Positions 8,496 to 11,629 of a stretch of 11,629 nucleotides of DNA are shown piece by piece. The notes under the pieces are model-generated. The model did not search any database, was not told where the DNA came from, and saw nothing but the letters and a program-made list of their open reading frames with translations. The stretch lies in the IMG/VR virus record IMGVR_UViG_2700989507_000026. One strand, written 5' to 3'. The translations under genes were made by a program, and so were the position numbers. The DNA is from a virus (Duplodnaviria; Heunggongvirae; Uroviricota; Caudoviricetes). The number at the start of each line of letters is the position of its first letter. Position 1 is the stretch's first letter.

Positions 8496-8667
8496 TACTT
8501 ACTGCACAATAATACACAAAATTGCGTAAATTTTTTGCATGGATTTTAGCTCTTTCAGCCGACGTTTAAGGGGTAAATAGCATTTCCTAAAAGCAACTGC
8601 ACCAACCCAACAGAATGAGCTACCGCTTACGTTGAGAGCAAAAAAGTGTATAGCAGCAATGAACAGC

Positions 8668-8696
8668 ATCCTCGCACTGACGAGGATTTCTTTTAT
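8668..8696 (+). terminator. Intrinsic terminator on the + strand between the membrane-protein gene and the 55-aa ORF
   Basis: ATCCTCG-cactga-CGAGGAT hairpin followed by TTCTTTTAT. Confidence 0.55.
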
Positions 8697-8737
8697 CTGA
8701 ACTCGCTACGGCGGGTTTTGTTTTATGGAGATGATAA

Positions 8738-8905
8738 ATGCACTTCCGAGTCACAGGTGAATGGAATGGAGAACCATTCAACAGAGTTATCGAAGCAGAG
8801 AACATCAATGACTGCTATGACCACTGGATGATATGGGCGCAGATAGCACATGCAGACATAACCAATATTCGAATTGAAGAACTGAAAGAACACCAAGCCG
8901 CCTGA
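8738..8905 (+). CDS. Small hypothetical protein (55 aa) immediately upstream of xis
   Basis: RBS GGAG at 8727-8730; MHFRVTGEWNGEPFNRVIEAENINDCYDHWMIWAQIAHADITNIRIEELKEHQAA; stop lies in the loop of the next terminator. Confidence 0.55.
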   Translation: MHFRVTGEWNGEPFNRVIEAENINDCYDHWMIWAQIAHADITNIRIEELKEHQAA

Positions 8906-8920
8906 TGGCGGCTTTTTCTT
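8895..8920 (+). terminator. Intrinsic terminator just upstream of pI/xis
   Basis: AAGCCGCC-tgat-GGCGGCTT hairpin followed by TTTCTT. Confidence 0.7.
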
Positions 8921-8932
8921 GCGTGTAATTGC
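8919..8932 (+). promoter_or_regulatory. CII-binding site of the pI promoter (TTGC-N6-TTGC), which would give CII-dependent int expression
   Basis: TTGCgtgtaaTTGC immediately upstream of the xis ATG, as in lambda pI. Confidence 0.8.
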
Positions 8933-8944
8933 GGAGACTTTGCG

Positions 8945-9163
8945 ATGTACTTGACACTTCAGGAGTGGAACGCACGCCAGCGACGCCCAAGAAGCCTTGA
9001 AACAGTTCGTCGATGGGTGCGCGAATGCAGGATATTCCCTCCTCCGGTTAAGGATGGAAGAGAGTATCTGTTCCACGAATCAGCGGTAAAGGTTGACTTA
9101 AATCGACCAGTAACAGGTAGCCTTTTGAAGAGGATCAGAAATGGGAAGAAGGCGAAGTCATGA
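8945..9163 (+). CDS. xis: Excisionase Xis (72 aa)
   Basis: MYLTLQEWNARQRRPRSLETVRRWVRECRIFPPPVKDGREYLFHESAVKVDLNRPVTGSLLKRIRNGKKAKS matches lambda Xis. Confidence 0.95.
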   Translation: MYLTLQEWNARQRRPRSLETVRRWVRECRIFPPPVKDGREYLFHESAVKVDLNRPVTGSLLKRIRNGKKAKS

Positions 9164-10211
9164 GCGCCGGGATTTACCCCCTAACCTTTATATAAGAAAC
9201 AATGGATATTACTGCTACAGGGACCCAAGGACGGGTAAAGAGTTTGGTTTAGGCCGAGACAGGAGGATAGCAATCACTGAAGCAATACAGGCCAATATTG
9301 AGTTATTTTCAGGACACAAACACAAGCCTCTGACAGCGAGAATCAACAGTGATAATTCTGTTACGTTACATTCATGGCTTGATCGCTACGAAAAAATCCT
9401 CGCCAGCAGAGGAATCAAGCAGAAGACACTCATAAATTACATGAGCAAAATTAAAGCAATAAGGAGGGGGCTGCCTGATGCTCCACTTGAAGACATCACC
9501 ACAAAAGAAATTGCGGCAATGCTCAATGGATACATAGACGAGGGCAAGGCGGCGTCAGCCAAGTTAATCAGATCAACACTGAGCGATGCATTCCGAGAGG
9601 CAATAGCTGAAGGCCATATAACAACAAACCCGGTCGCTGCCACTCGCGCAGCAAAATCAGAGGTAAGGAGATCAAGACTTACGGCTGACGAATACCTGAA
9701 AATTTATCAAGCAGCAGAATCATCACCATGTTGGCTCAGACTTGCAATGGAACTGGCTGTTGTTACCGGGCAGCGAGTTGGTGATTTATGCGAAATGAAG
9801 TGGTCTGATATCGTAGATGGATATCTTTATGTCGAACAAAGCAAAACAGGCGTAAAAATTGCCATCCCTACAACATTGCATGTTGATGCTCTCGGGATAT
9901 CAATGAAGGAAACACTTGATAAATGCAAAGAGATTCTTGGCGGAGAAACCATAATTGCATCTACTCGTCGTGAACCGCTTTCATCCGGCACAGTATCAAG
10001 GTATTTTATGCGCGCACGAAAAGCATCAGGTCTTTCCTTCGAAGGGGATCCGCCTACCTTTCACGAGTTGCGCAGTTTGTCTGCAAGACTCTATGAGAAG
10101 CAGATAAGCGATAAGTTTGCTCAACATCTTCTCGGGCATAAGTCGGACACCATGGCATCACAGTATCGTGATGACAGAGGCAGGGAGTGGGACAAAATTG
10201 AAATCAAATAA
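9141..10211 (+). CDS. int: Integrase Int (356 aa, tyrosine recombinase)
   Basis: MGRRRSHERRDLPPNLYIRNNGYYCYRDPRTGKEFGLGRDRRIAITEAIQANIELFSGH... matches lambda Int, including the C-terminal catalytic Tyr region (ASQYRDDRG); overlaps the xis 3' end as in lambda. Confidence 0.96.
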   Translation: MGRRRSHERRDLPPNLYIRNNGYYCYRDPRTGKEFGLGRDRRIAITEAIQANIELFSGHKHKPLTARINSDNSVTLHSWLDRYEKILASRGIKQKTLINYMSKIKAIRRGLPDAPLEDITTKEIAAMLNGYIDEGKAASAKLIRSTLSDAFREAIAEGHITTNPVAATRAAKSEVRRSRLTADEYLKIYQAAESSPCWLRLAMELAVVTGQRVGDLCEMKWSDIVDGYLYVEQSKTGVKIAIPTTLHVDALGISMKETLDKCKEILGGETIIASTRREPLSSGTVSRYFMRARKASGLSFEGDPPTFHELRSLSARLYEKQISDKFAQHLLGHKSDTMASQYRDDRGREWDKIEIK

Positions 10212-10299
10212 TGATTTTATTTTGACTGATAGTGACCTGTTCGTTGCAACAAATTGATAAGCAATGCTTTTTTATAATGCCAACTTAGTATAAAAAAGC
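10212..10299. other. attL: phage P' arm (Int arm-type and IHF sites) plus the 15-bp common core at 10285-10299, joined to bacterial attB sequence
   Basis: Reverse complement of the lambda P' arm (CAATTTGTTGCAACGAACAGGTCACTATCAGTCAAAATAAAATCATTATT) followed by core TTAGTATAAAAAAGC (reverse complement of GCTTTTTTATACTAA) and then AGG..., matching the bacterial arm of attB. Confidence 0.9.
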
Positions 10300-10345
10300 A
10301 GGCTTCAACGGATTCATTTTTCTATTTCATAGCCCGGAGCAACCT

Positions 10346-11629
10346 GTGAACACATTTTCAGTTTCCCGTCTGGCGCTGGCATTGGCTTTTGGCGTGACGC
10401 TGACCGCCTGTAGCTCAACACCACCCGATCAACGTCCTTCTGATCAAACTGCGCCTGGTACCTCTTCTCGCCCGATTCTGTCGGCAAAAGAAGCGCAGAA
10501 TTTCGATGCGCAACACTATTTTGCATCCCTGACACCAGGTGCTGCAGCGTGGAATCCGTCCCCGATAACCCTGCCTGCGCAACCTGACTTTGTTGTCGGC
10601 CCGGCGGGTACTCAAGGTGTAACGCATACCACGATTCAGGCGGCGGTAGATGCGGCAATTATCAAGCGTACCAACAAGCGCCAGTATATTGCCGTGATGC
10701 CTGGTGAGTATCAGGGAACGGTGTATGTCCCTGCTGCTCCAGGTGGAATTACTCTGTACGGTACAGGTGAAAAACCGATTGATGTGAAGATTGGGCTTTC
10801 CCTTGATGGGGGCATGAGCCCTGCCGACTGGCGTCACGACGTCAACCCGCGCGGCAAATATATGCCAGGTAAACCAGCGTGGTATATGTACGATAGCTGC
10901 CAGAGCAAACGCAGCGACAGTATCGGTGTTCTCTGTTCTGCGGTCTTCTGGTCACAAAACAATGGCCTGCAACTGCAAAATCTGACCATCGAAAACACGC
11001 TGGGCGATAGCGTAGATGCAGGTAACCATCCGGCGGTGGCACTGCGTACTGACGGTGACCAGGTACAGATTAACAACGTTAACATTCTCGGTCGTCAGAA
11101 CACCTTCTTTGTCACCAACAGCGGTGTGCAGAACCGTCTGGAAACGAATCGTCAGCCGCGTACGCTGGTGACCAACAGCTACATTGAAGGGGATGTGGAT
11201 ATCGTTTCTGGTCGCGGCGCAGTGGTGTTCGATAACACCGAATTCCGCGTGGTGAACTCACGTACTCAGCAAGAAGCGTATGTGTTTGCACCGGCTACGC
11301 TGTCCAACATTTACTACGGTTTCCTCGCCGTAAACAGCCGTTTCAATGCTTCCGGTGATGGCGTGGCACAAATGGGCCGCTCGCTGGATGTTGATGCCAA
11401 TACCAACGGTCAGGTGGTGATCCGTGATAGCGCCATCAACGAAGGTTTTAACACGGCTAAACCATGGGCCGATGCGGTGATCTCTAATCGTCCGTTTGCG
11501 GGTAATACCGGCAGCGTTGACGATAGCGACGAAATACAGCGCAATCTGAATGACACTAACTACAACCGCATGTGGGAATACAATAACCGCGGCGTGGGTA
11601 GCAAAGTGGTTGCAGAGGCGAAGAAGTAA
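10346..11629 (+). CDS. ybhC: Host outer-membrane lipoprotein YbhC (pectinesterase-family fold, 427 aa), the chromosomal gene flanking attB
   Basis: MNTFSVSRLALALAFGVTLTACSS (lipoprotein signal with lipobox LTAC), complete ORF ending at the window edge; known to neighbour the lambda attachment site in E. coli. Confidence 0.9.
   Translation: MNTFSVSRLALALAFGVTLTACSSTPPDQRPSDQTAPGTSSRPILSAKEAQNFDAQHYFASLTPGAAAWNPSPITLPAQPDFVVGPAGTQGVTHTTIQAAVDAAIIKRTNKRQYIAVMPGEYQGTVYVPAAPGGITLYGTGEKPIDVKIGLSLDGGMSPADWRHDVNPRGKYMPGKPAWYMYDSCQSKRSDSIGVLCSAVFWSQNNGLQLQNLTIENTLGDSVDAGNHPAVALRTDGDQVQINNVNILGRQNTFFVTNSGVQNRLETNRQPRTLVTNSYIEGDVDIVSGRGAVVFDNTEFRVVNSRTQQEAYVFAPATLSNIYYGFLAVNSRFNASGDGVAQMGRSLDVDANTNGQVVIRDSAINEGFNTAKPWADAVISNRPFAGNTGSVDDSDEIQRNLNDTNYNRMWEYNNRGVGSKVVAEAKK

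Noticed and set aside
8314-9076. ORFs 8314-8517 (-), 8620-8808 (-), 8646-8831 (+), 8723-9076 (-) and 8805-8990 (-)
   Set aside because: They overlap the membrane-protein gene, the intergenic terminator, the 55-aa ORF or xis in alternative frames or strands; no start signals; the + strand 8646-8831 ORF reads through a strong terminator.
10314-11085. Minus-strand ORFs inside or overlapping ybhC (10314-10658, 10415-10837, 10834-11085, 10842-11042)
   Set aside because: Antisense to a confidently identified, complete host gene; GC-rich shadow frames.

Overview
This window is the left (int-proximal) half of a defective lambdoid prophage integrated at the E. coli lambda attachment site upstream of ybhC, shown in reverse-complement relative to the standard lambda map. 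Reading left to right: the 5' end of an IS3-family element (IS629-like) inserted into replication gene O just beyond the ori iterons; cII; a phage-434-type immunity region (cro, OR1-3, cI); a cI-coupled secreted-protein gene where lambda carries rexAB; OL/PL and nutL; N; an AT-rich 289-aa gene of unknown function where lambda carries ral/sieB; ea10, cIII, kil, a frameshifted gam, bet, exo, orf60a, orf63; two small ORFs; a TraR/DksA-like zinc-finger gene; an oppositely oriented AT-rich membrane-protein gene; a 55-aa ORF; xis, int, attL and the host lipoprotein gene ybhC. The backbone is recognisably lambda and the immunity region 434. The three AT-rich insertions (2025-2429, 3114-3983, 7893-8495) sit in slots where lambdoid phages carry exclusion or abortive-infection genes and are the best candidates for an undescribed lysogen-expressed function. 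All identifications come from reading the translations and motifs against remembered lambda and 434 sequences; no database search was run.
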